Source: Candidatus Latescibacterota bacterium (GTDB lineage: Bacteria > Latescibacterota > UBA2968). From it: DNA of 64,000 nucleotides. The stretch spans positions 960,001 through 1,024,000 of the forward strand of contig OZ240241.1 of NCBI GenBank assembly GCA_965198115.1, written 5' to 3'. Numbering within the stretch: the stretch's first letter is position 1; the number at the start of each line of letters is the position of its first letter. The notes under the pieces are model-generated. The model was not told where the DNA came from. It saw only the letters and a list, made by a program, of their open reading frames with translations, and ran no database searches. Below are positions 1-10,414 of the stretch, one piece after another. Made by a program: the position numbers and the translations under genes.

Positions 1-111
1 TCGCGTGTCGTGCCCCGATTCAGGGCCGACGTGGACCGAGCCGGTCGTGTCTACAAGACCGACCGGGTGGTCGAATATCTGTTTCGGCTCAAGGTGGGTG
101 CGGGCCTGTGA
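1..111 (+). CDS. 3' end of an upstream CDS (partial)
   Basis: Open frame SRVVPRFRADVDRAGRVYKTDRVVEYLFRLKVGAGL* whose TGA overlaps the GTG start at 108 (GTGA coupling). Confidence 0.55.
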   Translation, partial: SRVVPRFRADVDRAGRVYKTDRVVEYLFRLKVGAGL

Positions 112-755
112 ACTTGAACATTCCGATCCGATCCTTCTTCGAATTTTCGTTTCCCTGCAGGAAGCTCGAAGACACGACCTTCATGAAGGGACACCTCACG
201 GGTTGGCCGCGGGAGAACCAGCTTCCGGATCTCGCCGGTCTCGAGGGTGTCGATTCCTACGCCGACGTCTGTCTTGGGTGGCGAGAGGATGGTCTCTACC
301 TGGGTGTCGATGTGCACGGGGAGGCCGGGCTTCGGGTCGAGCCCAACCGCCCGCTCAAGGGAGACGGCATTCAGGTTTGGATCGACACGCGCGACGTCCG
401 CGACGTCCACCGCGCCAGCCGGTTCTGTCATCACTTCTACTTCCTTCCCACGGGGGGGCGACGCAAGGGTCCCATCGCCGGGCAGATGCGCATTCGCAGA
501 GCCCGTGCCCAGGGTAAGCCCTGCGACCCACAGGCGATCCCTGTGGTGTCACGGGTTCGTCGAACGGGGTATCGTCTTTCCGCCCACCTTCCGTCAGACA
601 TTCTGAACGGTTTCGATCCGGACGACAACACGCGGATCGGGTTCACGTATCGGATCAGCGACAGTCGGCTCGGACTGCAATCGTGGACGGCCGAGGACCC
701 GCTCCCGGTGGCCTACGACCCGAGCCTCTGGGGGACGGTCGATCTCGTCGATTGA
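108..755 (+). CDS. CBM9/DOMON-like sugar-binding domain protein
   Basis: 215 aa; 'LGWREDGLYLGVDV' and 'GDGIQVWIDTRD' motifs, C-terminal 'DPSLWGTVDL' typical of DOMON/CBM9-like proteins. Confidence 0.6.
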   Translation: MNLNIPIRSFFEFSFPCRKLEDTTFMKGHLTGWPRENQLPDLAGLEGVDSYADVCLGWREDGLYLGVDVHGEAGLRVEPNRPLKGDGIQVWIDTRDVRDVHRASRFCHHFYFLPTGGRRKGPIAGQMRIRRARAQGKPCDPQAIPVVSRVRRTGYRLSAHLPSDILNGFDPDDNTRIGFTYRISDSRLGLQSWTAEDPLPVAYDPSLWGTVDLVD

Positions 756-967
756 CCGCGATGAACGGTTGACTTAGCCCGTTTTGGGGCTTATCCATTC
801 CGCATCTGGTGTTCCGTAGAATCCCCACGGGGCACGACATTCTCTCCTGACGACACTCCAGCCAAGGGCGCCCGACCCACACTCCAGCAGCCTGAAACAT
901 CGCGGACCCGAGCACGGTCGTAAGAGGAAGTCCACCCTTACAGGGCCGAAGTGCGTCCGAACAATTA

Positions 968-3262
968 ATGAACCTAATCGAACAGACCACACCCGAGCTC
1001 GAAGCCCACCTGGCGGAGCAATTGCGCCCGGGTGAAGAGGAACTGATCCGGGTGGGCTCGGATCTCGAAGCGAACCAGGCCTTCGGGGTCCAGTGGCTTA
1101 TGGTGACGCCCGAGCGGATCCTGGTCCTGCGGGGTCACACGAATGGGCAAGGGGCCCTGACGGAGGTGTCGGCGCAGGGCCAGAAGCAAGTGGTAAGCTG
1201 GGAGCGGGACGAGACGGTCGAAGTACCGATCTCCGATGTGGTCATCGCTCGTACAGAACCCCGCGTTGGAGGCGCCTGTCTCGAGATCGAGCGTCGCGGG
1301 GGTCCGACGGTCGAGATTCCGTATTCACGGACACAGGATCAGAAGTTCTCGGAGGTCACCCGGGGTATCGAGCAGCTGCGCAAGGGTGAGGATCTCTTTC
1401 TCAAAGAAACACTCGACAAGACGCACTGCCCTTCCTGCGGCCTCCCTCTTCCGGAAAAGAATGGCATCTGTCCGGCGTGTATCAGCCGTCTTGCGACCGT
1501 GGGCCGTATTGCCCGCTACCTCGTTCCCTACAAACGTGAGGCGGTGTTGTTGGCGGTCGCCTCGGTAGCCACGACGGTGGCGGAGCTGATTCCGCCGATG
1601 ATCACGAAACACATCGTCGACCGCGTGCTGATGCCGGTCGCGGGCGTGGAGACGAACCTGGATACCCGCCTTTCGCTCCTGGCGTGGCTCGTGTCGGCGA
1701 TGGTCGGTGTGCGATTGGTAACCTGGGGCGCCGAATGGCTTCACGGGTGGACGATCACGTGGCTGAGTGCGCGTGTCACGGCCAACATCCGCAGCCAGCT
1801 CTACCGGCGTCTCGAGCTCCTTTCTCTGCAGTTCTACGACAAGCGGCAGGTCGGGCAGGTCATGTCCCGCGTCACCCGCGACAGCGGGGGTCTGCAGGAC
1901 TTTCTGGTCGACGGGGTACCCTACCTGGTCATCAACGGGCTGATGTTGATCGGAATCCTCATAGCCCTGTTGCTTATGAGTTGGCGTCTCACACTCTACG
2001 TGCTGATCCCGGTGCCGCTGATCATCATCTGGGGGGGAATTTACCTGAAGCGGATGCGTGTCCACTTCAAGAGATGGTTCCAGACGTGGTCGAACATGAT
2101 GGCTCGTGTGAACGAAGCCCTGACGGGCATCCGGGTCGTGAAAGCGTTCGCTCAGGAAGATCGGGAACTGGCACTATTCAGCGCCCGCAACGACGAGCAC
2201 ACGAGGGCCGGCATCCGCGCGGAGATCAACCGGGGTGTTTTCTTCGCCACGATGAGTCTACTCACGGGTCTGGGTGTGATGATCGTCTGGCTGTTCGGTG
2301 GGAAAGAGGTGCTCGAAGGAGAACTGACCATCGGCACCCTGCTCGCTTTCTACAGCTATATGTGGATGCTCTACGGGCCGCTGGAGTGGTTCGGAATGGT
2401 CAACAGCTGGATGACTCGCGCCTTCGCTGGGGCCGAGCGGATCTTTGAAATCATCGATACGCCGCCCGAGGCTTATGAGGATCCGGATGCAATTTCGCGC
2501 TCTTCGTTCGACGGACGAGTGACGTTCAAGAACGTCACTTTCGGCTACGACAAGAGCAAACCGGTTCTGCACGAGATCAATCTCGACATCGCGCCTGGTG
2601 AGATGATCGGGCTGGTTGGGAAGTCGGGTGTGGGGAAGACCACGACGGCCAACCTCGTTTGTCGTTTTTACGATGTCGATAGGGGGAGCCTAGAAATCGA
2701 CGGCGTGGACATTAGGAAACTTCGCCTGGAGCAGGTCCGCAGCCAGATCGGGATCGTGCTGCAGGAGCCGTTTCTGTTCAGCGGGTCGATCGCCGAGAAC
2801 ATCGGTTACGGTAAACCGGGCGCTTCGTTCGAGGAAGTGCTCGAAGCTTCGATCGCCGCGAACGCGCACGAATTCGTCGCGGCCAAACCAGATGGCTACG
2901 ACACCCAGATCGGGGAACGTGGATCGGGGCTCTCGGGTGGGGAGAAACAGCGGATTTCTCTCGCCAGGGCGATCCTGCACGATCCCCGAATCCTGATTTT
3001 GGATGAGGCGACATCGTCGGTCGACGTTCAGACGGAGAAGAAGATTCAGGATGCGATCTCAAACCTGACGACGAATCGCACGACGATCGCCATCGCCCAT
3101 CGTCTGTCGACGCTTCGGGGCGCGGACCGACTGGTTGTCTTGGATGCGGGTCGAGTGGTCGAGGTCGGTACTCACGAGGAACTGCTCGAAAAGAGCGGGA
3201 CCTTCGCGAAGCTGGTGGAGCTGCAGAAGGAGACCTCCGCCATCATCGCGATCAAGGAATAG
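968..3262 (+). CDS. ABC exporter (TMD+NBD) with N-terminal extension and CxxC-x9-CxxC Zn ribbon
   Basis: Walker A GKSGVGKT, signature LSGGEKQR, Walker B ILILDEATS; CPSCGLPLPEKNGICPAC. Confidence 0.92.
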   Translation: MNLIEQTTPELEAHLAEQLRPGEEELIRVGSDLEANQAFGVQWLMVTPERILVLRGHTNGQGALTEVSAQGQKQVVSWERDETVEVPISDVVIARTEPRVGGACLEIERRGGPTVEIPYSRTQDQKFSEVTRGIEQLRKGEDLFLKETLDKTHCPSCGLPLPEKNGICPACISRLATVGRIARYLVPYKREAVLLAVASVATTVAELIPPMITKHIVDRVLMPVAGVETNLDTRLSLLAWLVSAMVGVRLVTWGAEWLHGWTITWLSARVTANIRSQLYRRLELLSLQFYDKRQVGQVMSRVTRDSGGLQDFLVDGVPYLVINGLMLIGILIALLLMSWRLTLYVLIPVPLIIIWGGIYLKRMRVHFKRWFQTWSNMMARVNEALTGIRVVKAFAQEDRELALFSARNDEHTRAGIRAEINRGVFFATMSLLTGLGVMIVWLFGGKEVLEGELTIGTLLAFYSYMWMLYGPLEWFGMVNSWMTRAFAGAERIFEIIDTPPEAYEDPDAISRSSFDGRVTFKNVTFGYDKSKPVLHEINLDIAPGEMIGLVGKSGVGKTTTANLVCRFYDVDRGSLEIDGVDIRKLRLEQVRSQIGIVLQEPFLFSGSIAENIGYGKPGASFEEVLEASIAANAHEFVAAKPDGYDTQIGERGSGLSGGEKQRISLARAILHDPRILILDEATSSVDVQTEKKIQDAISNLTTNRTTIAIAHRLSTLRGADRLVVLDAGRVVEVGTHEELLEKSGTFAKLVELQKETSAIIAIKE

Positions 3263-3264
3263 GG

Positions 3265-5484
3265 ATGGAAGACGGATTTATCGAAAGCCCCCCGGAGGAA
3301 GTCCTCCGAAAGCTCGGTCTCGAGAAACCGGAGCGCGAGGAAGTGGTCGTCCAGATGCGGACCGATCTGGCTGGAGACCAGCGATTCGGCGAACAGTGGC
3401 TGATCGTCACGCCCGAGCGGGTGCTGCTGATCCCACGACTTGGCCGGAATGGAACGATGGGCGCCCGGCTTTCGGAGATGGCCTACGTGCGCATCGAGGA
3501 GCTGGTCGGCGGCGGGCGCATCGAAATCGAGCGACGGGACGGGACACCCCTGTTCGTGCCCTTCAGTCAGTCGCTGCGTCCAAAGTTTGCCGAAGTTGCC
3601 GAGGGTCTGAAACGGATCGCCGATGGCGAGGCAACCGAGGTCGAGCTTCCGACCGAACTTGATCGGACCCGGTGCGAGACCTGCGGCAGACTTTTGCCTG
3701 AGAAGAATGGGATCTGTGCGGTCTGCATCAATCGGTGGGACACCTTCCGACGCATCGTCAGCTACATGCTGGCCTATCCGAAGCCTCTCGCGACCATGAT
3801 CGTTCTGATCATCGTGGGCGCGCTACTGAGTCTTGCGCCCCCCAAAATTACGCAACACATCATCGACGATGTGTTGACCCCGCGGTCGGGGATGGAGCCC
3901 CTGTATGCGTTCGTGGGGCTCCTGTTCGGCGTACGCGTTTCGATCTGGGTGACCGACATCGGACGACGGTATGTGGCGCGGAAGCTGGGACTGCAGGCGA
4001 TAGCCGACTTACGGCTGGATCTCTACCGACAGTTTCAGTATCTGCCCGTTCAGTTCTACGACCGGCGTCGCATCGGATCGCTCATCGCACGGATGAGCAA
4101 CGACAGCGATCGCCTCGAGGGCTTCATTCTTTACGAGCTTTCTTTTGTCCTCTCCAACGGGTTCCTGTTCTTCGGCATTCTCGGTCTTCTTTTCTGGACG
4201 AACTGGGAACTGACGTTGTTTGTGCTTCTGCCGATCCCCCCGATCGTCTACGCGGGCAACAAGATCTGGGAACGGCTGATGCGGAACTGGAATCGCTGGG
4301 GTGCCAAATGGTCCCGGCTCTACGCGCAGCTGAACGAGTCGATCACCGGAATCCGCGTCGTTAAGGCTTTTACACAGGAAGACCGGGAGGGAGCCCGCTT
4401 CGACGGTCATAACGAGGAGGTGCGCGAGGTTACAGTCGTGGGCGAGCGCACCTGGTTCGTCTTTTTCACCGTCACCAACTTCCTGATGAGCTGCGGTGCG
4501 TTCTTCGTTTGGTATTTCGGGGGACGGAAGATCCTGAACGACGAAATGACGCTCGGGGCCCTCACGGCCTTCGTTTCTTACCTGTGGATGATGTATCAAC
4601 CCCTGCGGTGGTTCGGCGATTTCTACAACTTTATGATGCGGGCCTTCGCCGGCGCGCGGCGGATCTTCGAAGTGATCGACTCGACGCCGGAGCCTTACGA
4701 TGCACCGGACGCACGGCCGTTGCCCTCGATCGAAGGGAGAATCACGTTCGACGGATCCTACTTCGGCTACGACCCGGGCAAACCGGTGCTCAAAGGGATC
4801 GAGCTGGAAGTCAGTCCCGGCGAGATGATCGGCCTGGTGGGGAAGTCGGGCGCCGGAAAGTCGACGCTGATCAACCTCATCTGTCGCTTTTACGATCCGG
4901 ATCGTGGCGCGGTCCTGGTCGACGGGCAGGACATGCGCGAAGTCCGGCTGGGGGATCTCCGATCGAAGATCGGTATGGTTCATCAGGAATCGTTTCTCTT
5001 CGACGGGACGCTGGCGGAAAACATCGCATACGGAAAACCCGATGCCACGTTCGATGACATCGTGCGGGCGGCGATGGCGGCGGAAGCACACGAATTCATC
5101 GTGGTGAAGCCCGATGGCTACAACATGCGTGTGGGTGAGCGAGGCGGAAAGCTTTCGGGCGGAGAAAAACAACGCATTTCGATCGCGAGAGCGATTCTCC
5201 ACGACCCGAAAATTCTTATACTTGATGAAGCCACGTCGTCGCTCGACACACAGACGGAGCGCAAGATCCAGGTCGCCATCTCACGACTGGTCCAAGGACG
5301 AACGACATTCGCGATCGCCCACCGGCTGTCGACCCTCAGGAGTGCCAACCGTTTGGTCGTGATCGACGAAGGGCGGGTCGCGGAAGTCGGCACACACCAG
5401 GAATTGATGGACCGCGAGGGTCTGTTTTATCGCCTCGTCAAAACCCAACAGGAAACGTCTGCGCTCATGGAGGTGGCGGGTTGA
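3265..5484 (+). CDS. Second paralogous ABC exporter with Zn-ribbon N-terminal extension
   Basis: GKSGAGKS, LSGGEKQR, ILILDEATS; CETCGRLLPEKNGICAVC; starts 2 nt after the previous stop. Confidence 0.92.
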   Translation: MEDGFIESPPEEVLRKLGLEKPEREEVVVQMRTDLAGDQRFGEQWLIVTPERVLLIPRLGRNGTMGARLSEMAYVRIEELVGGGRIEIERRDGTPLFVPFSQSLRPKFAEVAEGLKRIADGEATEVELPTELDRTRCETCGRLLPEKNGICAVCINRWDTFRRIVSYMLAYPKPLATMIVLIIVGALLSLAPPKITQHIIDDVLTPRSGMEPLYAFVGLLFGVRVSIWVTDIGRRYVARKLGLQAIADLRLDLYRQFQYLPVQFYDRRRIGSLIARMSNDSDRLEGFILYELSFVLSNGFLFFGILGLLFWTNWELTLFVLLPIPPIVYAGNKIWERLMRNWNRWGAKWSRLYAQLNESITGIRVVKAFTQEDREGARFDGHNEEVREVTVVGERTWFVFFTVTNFLMSCGAFFVWYFGGRKILNDEMTLGALTAFVSYLWMMYQPLRWFGDFYNFMMRAFAGARRIFEVIDSTPEPYDAPDARPLPSIEGRITFDGSYFGYDPGKPVLKGIELEVSPGEMIGLVGKSGAGKSTLINLICRFYDPDRGAVLVDGQDMREVRLGDLRSKIGMVHQESFLFDGTLAENIAYGKPDATFDDIVRAAMAAEAHEFIVVKPDGYNMRVGERGGKLSGGEKQRISIARAILHDPKILILDEATSSLDTQTERKIQVAISRLVQGRTTFAIAHRLSTLRSANRLVVIDEGRVAEVGTHQELMDREGLFYRLVKTQQETSALMEVAG

Positions 5485-5526
5485 TCCCGTACGCCTGCGC
5501 TTGATCAAACCAAGAGGAGCACCACG

Positions 5527-6102
5527 TTGACGCTGGAGGAAGAAGCGGTAGAGGCACCGACGGCGTCGGCCACGCCCGTTGACATTGCGTGGAAGCCGAC
5601 GCCGATCGAGGTGATGCATCCGGAACGTGTGGATCCCGCGTCGATTCGGTTGTTCAGAGATCCCCCCTGGAAACTCCGGATGACGATCGGAGGGGACCGG
5701 TCCTACATCCGGGTCAAGGTGACGCGGGCGGCTCCGCTGACGGAGCCGGATCGGTATTTCTGCTTTCTGGACGTGAAAGACGAAGCGATTTGTATGGTGA
5801 AGGATCTGGATGAGCTCACGGAGGAGAATCACGCACTGGTCCTGGAGGAATTGGACAAGCGCTACATCACATCCTACATCCAGAGTGTCAACCACATCCG
5901 GAACGAATACGGCGTCTCTTACTGGGACGTTGAAACGGATCGGGGGCCTCGCGAGTTCGTCGCCAGAAACGTCGCCGAGAATGCCCAGTGGCTTGGTGAA
6001 GGCCGTCTGTTCATTCTCGACGTGGATAGCAACCGGTTCGAAATCGTGAATATCGCGGCGCTCGATCGCAAGAGCCGTAGTTTCATCGATCTCGTCCTCT
6101 GA
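5527..6102 (+). CDS. DUF1854 domain protein
   Basis: 'VTRAAPLTEPDRY', 'YWDVETDRGPREF', 'ILDVDSNRFEI' match the DUF1854 pattern; usual partner of this ABC subfamily. Confidence 0.8.
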   Translation: MTLEEEAVEAPTASATPVDIAWKPTPIEVMHPERVDPASIRLFRDPPWKLRMTIGGDRSYIRVKVTRAAPLTEPDRYFCFLDVKDEAICMVKDLDELTEENHALVLEELDKRYITSYIQSVNHIRNEYGVSYWDVETDRGPREFVARNVAENAQWLGEGRLFILDVDSNRFEIVNIAALDRKSRSFIDLVL

Positions 6103-6201
6103 TCGGTTCATTCTGCTGTCCGGGCGGGCGTCCCCGAGTTTCGGTGGCGCCCGCTTTCATGTGTAGGTCGAACATCCCTGCCACACAGGCGTTGAATTCG
6201 T

Positions 6202-7281
6202 ATGGCTTATTTCGGTTTCACGCCCGGTCGGTCTGCCCCGATCCTGTTGACGGCCATCCTGTTGTCCGGATGCGCAGCCGCATCGGACCCTCTGGGCGGC
6301 GGTTCCGCCCGGAAGAACTTCGATCGGGGCGTGGCGTTCTACGCGAAGGGTTCGTATCAGAAAGCGATCGAGTCGTATCAGCTGGCCATTCAGGCACGCC
6401 CGTCGTTCACCGAGGCGCATTTCGGACTGGGGGTGGCGTTCATCAAGACGGAGTTCTTCCGGGGCGCCCTTCTCGCGCTCGGTCGTGCTCTCGAGCTTCG
6501 TGCCGACTATCCCGAGGCTCATTACAATCTGGGTGTGGCCTACCATCGGCTGGACCGTCACGCCGATGCGATTCGGCACTATCGGGTGGCGAGGTCCCAA
6601 AAACCCGACATGTCGGAAACTGACCTTCCCCTGGCCAGGGCCTACGAGGTCGTCGGGAACGTCGATTCGGCTCGGGCCGTCTATCTCTCCGCCGTGCCTC
6701 GTGAGCCGCTCGAGGCGAACCTCGGTCTCGCGCGGCTCGCCCGTCTCGCGGGCGACACGAGCCTTCACATCCGCCATCTGGAGGTGGCGACCGAGGCAGA
6801 TTCGACTCGCTTCGAGCCCTGGCTCGATTTGGCGGGAGCACGTGAACGAAGTGGGCAGCTGAAAGAGGCTCTGGACGCCTATGAGCGGGCTTTTGCTCTG
6901 CGTGAGGGTCATCCCGGGTTGATCGCGAAACTCGGAGGTCTCCACGTCCACGCGGGAGATCTCCCACGTGCGCGAGACCTGTTCACGATCGCGGCAGAGA
7001 GAGACTCGACGGACAGCCGGGCGTTCTACAACCTGGGGGTCGTCTACGATGCGTTGAACGATAGAGAGCGTGCGATCGAAGCCTATCGAAGGTGTCTGGC
7101 CATCGATCCGTCTTTTGACGACGCCCAGCTGAATCTGTCGATCGCGTTTTTCGAAATGCGCCGATTCAAGGAAGCGCTCGAGCAATATGAGATCTTGATG
7201 ATGTTGGAGATCGATGACGATCGTAGGCGGCAGGTGACGAAGATCGTGGATCAGCTTCGAGCTGCGCTCGGGCCAGATTGA
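6202..7281 (+). CDS. TPR-repeat lipoprotein
   Basis: Lipobox LSGC; repeats such as YPEAHYNLGVAY and RAFYNLGVVY. Confidence 0.85.
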   Translation: MAYFGFTPGRSAPILLTAILLSGCAAASDPLGGGSARKNFDRGVAFYAKGSYQKAIESYQLAIQARPSFTEAHFGLGVAFIKTEFFRGALLALGRALELRADYPEAHYNLGVAYHRLDRHADAIRHYRVARSQKPDMSETDLPLARAYEVVGNVDSARAVYLSAVPREPLEANLGLARLARLAGDTSLHIRHLEVATEADSTRFEPWLDLAGARERSGQLKEALDAYERAFALREGHPGLIAKLGGLHVHAGDLPRARDLFTIAAERDSTDSRAFYNLGVVYDALNDRERAIEAYRRCLAIDPSFDDAQLNLSIAFFEMRRFKEALEQYEILMMLEIDDDRRRQVTKIVDQLRAALGPD

Positions 7282-7297
7282 AATCGAACGATGTGTC

Positions 7298-7325
7298 GTA
7301 GGGTTACGGCATGCCGTAACCCTAC
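7298..7325. repeat. REP-like perfect palindrome between convergent genes
   Basis: GTAGGGTTACGGCATGCCGTAACCCTAC is a 28-bp perfect palindrome starting with the GTAG tetranucleotide typical of REPs. Confidence 0.7.
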
Positions 7326-7416
7326 CCGAGCGAAGAGATGAGATGTGGATAAACAGAGAAAGGCGTTCGCCTCAGTAGGAGCGAACGCATTTTCGGATTT
7401 TACAGACGGATAGTGT

Positions 7417-7962
7417 CTACCGCGGAGGAATGCAGACGCCCCCTCCTCGACCACGGCCGAGGGTGCCTCGCTTCTTTCCCCTGCGAACCCAGCCCTCTCC
7501 GGGTTGGGCGACGAGTGTGTCGATTTCGGCCTCGGTGAGATGAATCGTGGGTTCGGCAAGGCCGAATCCAGCGGTCTGGATGGCTGGCCCGTCCGAGAGA
7601 TGGGCCTGGATCGCGACGTCGGAGCGTAACGAGGACACGTCGAGTGCCAGGAGTGCACTCAGGGCCCGGGACCTTCGCGAAGCGGACAGACGTGCGGCCT
7701 CTCTTGCGGCTGCTCCGGGATCGCCGGGCTCGACCGTGCTCACGCCCTCCGTTTTCGTCGGTCCGGCTGGCGCCGGCGCCTCGAACGGCCTGACAGACTC
7801 CTGGAACTCGATCACCACTTCTTGGGGTTTGGGACCTCGGTCGGCGGTGACCAGGTAGCCCAGTGCGACGACGTGAAAACCGACGGATATCCCGATGGCG
7901 GCGTTTCGATTCGTCAGCCAGCGAGGTTCTTTGAGGCGGGGCCACTTCATTGGTTGCTCCAC
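7417..7962 (-). CDS. Hypothetical single-pass membrane protein
   Basis: N-terminal TM 'AIGISVGFHVVALGYLV' then a Pro/Ala-rich linker; co-oriented with the upstream enolase. Confidence 0.55.
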   Translation of the reverse strand: MEQPMKWPRLKEPRWLTNRNAAIGISVGFHVVALGYLVTADRGPKPQEVVIEFQESVRPFEAPAPAGPTKTEGVSTVEPGDPGAAAREAARLSASRRSRALSALLALDVSSLRSDVAIQAHLSDGPAIQTAGFGLAEPTIHLTEAEIDTLVAQPGEGWVRRGKKRGTLGRGRGGGVCIPPR

Positions 7963-8028
7963 GTGTCTTGCTCTGGGGTTGCCGGCTCTTCATTCGACGC
8001 GCGTCTGACGCGATCGGTTCCCACAACC

Positions 8029-9279
8029 TTAGGCATTCGTGCCACGGTTTTGATCTCTTTTCGCAGCGGCGGAGGCTGTCTGGTAGGCCTCGGACCCGTC
8101 GTCTTCGATGACGTCCAGCCGCGAGCCGGACTCGGAAATCGGTTGAGCGTCGTTCGGGTAGAGGCCATGGAGCTCCTGTTTGGAACAGGCATAGTCGGTG
8201 GTCTCGCCGCTGGCGCGGACATAGCGATAAAAGTGGCCGGGAGGGTCGACCCAGTCGTGATCCGAGCGGCACGCGGTGGCGGCTTGCCGGTCCAACCGGA
8301 CGCCCAGGCCGGGTTCGTTCGGTACGGCGTAGAACCCCCCGCGAATCACGTGCGGGTCGGTGATGAGCTGTTGCGTCCAGATGTTCATGCACGTGATAGC
8401 CGGCCACTTGGCCTGAGGCAGCACCGCACCGAGGTGAGCGGCCCAGGCCGTTGTGATGCCCGTGCCCACCAGCTGGAGCCAGAAGGGCTTGTTCCAGGCA
8501 TCCGCGATCGCCGCTTGCTTCGTGACGCCAGAGGCACCGGAGCAGACGACGAATCCGTCGGCGACGTCCTCCCTCATACACGTCTCGACGGGTGGGCTTC
8601 CGAAGTGCATCGCGACAGGGCGGTTGCAGCGATTCCGAATCTGCCTATTCCCCGCGACATCGCCCTGGGGAATAGGCGATTCAACCATGGCGACTTCGGC
8701 ATATCGTTCGAGTTCTTTGAGGTGGGGGATGGCGTTCGCGGAGTTGGCGAGCGTTCCGTTGTAGTCCAGATCGAGGTGGAAACCCGCGGGCACAACCTCC
8801 TGAACCGCCTGGATGGCGGCGTGCAGGTCGTACCACGGCCGCGCCTTGAGCTTCGCGCTCGTATAGCCTGCGTCGATGGCTTGCCTGCATTCTTCGGCCC
8901 ATCCCTCGGGTGGCATATCCATGTTCCACCACGAGATGGGACACCAGTCCCGAATCTTCGTCCCCAGCAGACTGTGCACCGGAACGGATAGCGATTTTGA
9001 GACGGCATCGAACAGGGCGATCTGGACGCCCGCCCCGATGCTATCGTCCCACATCAGGTCCGCGGCCCGTTCGCCCAGCGCTCGGTCGAAGATGTCTTCG
9101 GGGACCCGCGACCAGGTGTAGTTGGGGATCGTTTCGCCGAGCCCCTTGATGCCTCCGGTCAGCGTGACTTCGCAGATCTCGACGATCCGCCAGTGCGGTA
9201 ACCAATAGCCGAGATGCCGGTTCGCGTGTTCGGTGAACGGGACGTCGAGTGTCGTGAAGGCGATGTTCTCTATTCGCAC
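8029..9279 (-). CDS. Mandelate racemase/muconate lactonizing (enolase superfamily) enzyme
   Basis: KLKARP, DLDYN, MVESP motifs; GTG at 9279 preceded by AGGAGG. Confidence 0.85.
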   Translation of the reverse strand: MRIENIAFTTLDVPFTEHANRHLGYWLPHWRIVEICEVTLTGGIKGLGETIPNYTWSRVPEDIFDRALGERAADLMWDDSIGAGVQIALFDAVSKSLSVPVHSLLGTKIRDWCPISWWNMDMPPEGWAEECRQAIDAGYTSAKLKARPWYDLHAAIQAVQEVVPAGFHLDLDYNGTLANSANAIPHLKELERYAEVAMVESPIPQGDVAGNRQIRNRCNRPVAMHFGSPPVETCMREDVADGFVVCSGASGVTKQAAIADAWNKPFWLQLVGTGITTAWAAHLGAVLPQAKWPAITCMNIWTQQLITDPHVIRGGFYAVPNEPGLGVRLDRQAATACRSDHDWVDPPGHFYRYVRASGETTDYACSKQELHGLYPNDAQPISESGSRLDVIEDDGSEAYQTASAAAKRDQNRGTNA

Positions 9280-9421
9280 GATGACCTCCTTTGGGGCGGT
9301 AAGATCAGTCTGCGACTTGGCCGGGTCAAGGGCACGACGTAACCGGCTTGATCGGCCTTGCTGCTGTTCGTTTCTTGGAGTTTCTGCAGACCCGATGTCT
9401 TTCACTTCAGGAGAGAATAGC

Positions 9422-10414
9422 ATGGCCCATCGATTGATACACGTCGGCGTGGCAGGCCGGGGACGCTGGCCTGTCAACCTGGTTCCCGAACGAGACGACT
9501 TCGAGAGCGTCGCCCTGGTGGATATCTACGAAGAGAAATTCGAGCCGGCGATGGCGTCGACCGGACTTCCCGAATCGGCCTGCTTTCGGACGATCGAACA
9601 GGCGCTCAACAACGTGGAATCCGACGCGATCGTCGTCATCACGCCACCCGATCTGCACGCGGAGATGTGTCTGGAGGCGGTGCGGGCGGGGAAGCACGTG
9701 CTGGTCGAGAAACCTTTTACGAAATCGCTGGCGAGTGCCAAGCAGGTCGTAAAAGAAGTCGAGGAAAACGAGGTCAAGGTCTTCGTCAGCCAGAATGCCA
9801 AATATAATCCCGCCACCGTGACGATGCGACGTCTGATCCAGGACGAGGTTTATGGCAAGGCGAGTTTCGGCATGTTGATGAAACTGAGCTGGCGCAGCAA
9901 AGGCGTGCACCATTCGGGAGAGGACGATCACTCCTACCTCTGGGAGCGTGGTATTCACGATTTCGACACGATGCGCTACATCTTTGCGTCGGACCCCAAG
10001 CGGATGTGGGCCCATAGCTTCAACCCATCGTGGAGTCCCTATAAGGCGGGTGCGGGGGCTCACGCCTGGATCGAGTTCGAGAGCGGGGCGAGTTGTGGGT
10101 ATCTGTGTTGCCTCGAATCCCACAAGAACGGATCGGTTACACGTATCGACTGCGAAGGGGGCACGCTCGAGCTAGCGGGCGGGAAGCTGACGGTGAAACA
10201 TCGGGAAAAGGACGAGCACGAGGAGATTCCTCTCGACGATTGTCCTGACAACACGACCGTTATCTTGAACGAGCTGAATAGCTATCTGGCGAACGGTGCC
10301 GAACCGGAGAATTCCGGACGCAACAACCTGAAGACGGTGGCGATGGTCGAGGGGTGTGGTGTGGCCTCGGACGAAGGCAGGATGATCGACTTCCAGCAGT
10401 ATCTGAATGAGTGA
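9422..10414 (+). CDS. Gfo/Idh/MocA oxidoreductase
   Basis: GVAGRG Rossmann motif, 'GKHVLVEKP', 'GIHDFD'; ATG 9422 after AGGAG. Confidence 0.9.
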   Translation: MAHRLIHVGVAGRGRWPVNLVPERDDFESVALVDIYEEKFEPAMASTGLPESACFRTIEQALNNVESDAIVVITPPDLHAEMCLEAVRAGKHVLVEKPFTKSLASAKQVVKEVEENEVKVFVSQNAKYNPATVTMRRLIQDEVYGKASFGMLMKLSWRSKGVHHSGEDDHSYLWERGIHDFDTMRYIFASDPKRMWAHSFNPSWSPYKAGAGAHAWIEFESGASCGYLCCLESHKNGSVTRIDCEGGTLELAGGKLTVKHREKDEHEEIPLDDCPDNTTVILNELNSYLANGAEPENSGRNNLKTVAMVEGCGVASDEGRMIDFQQYLNE

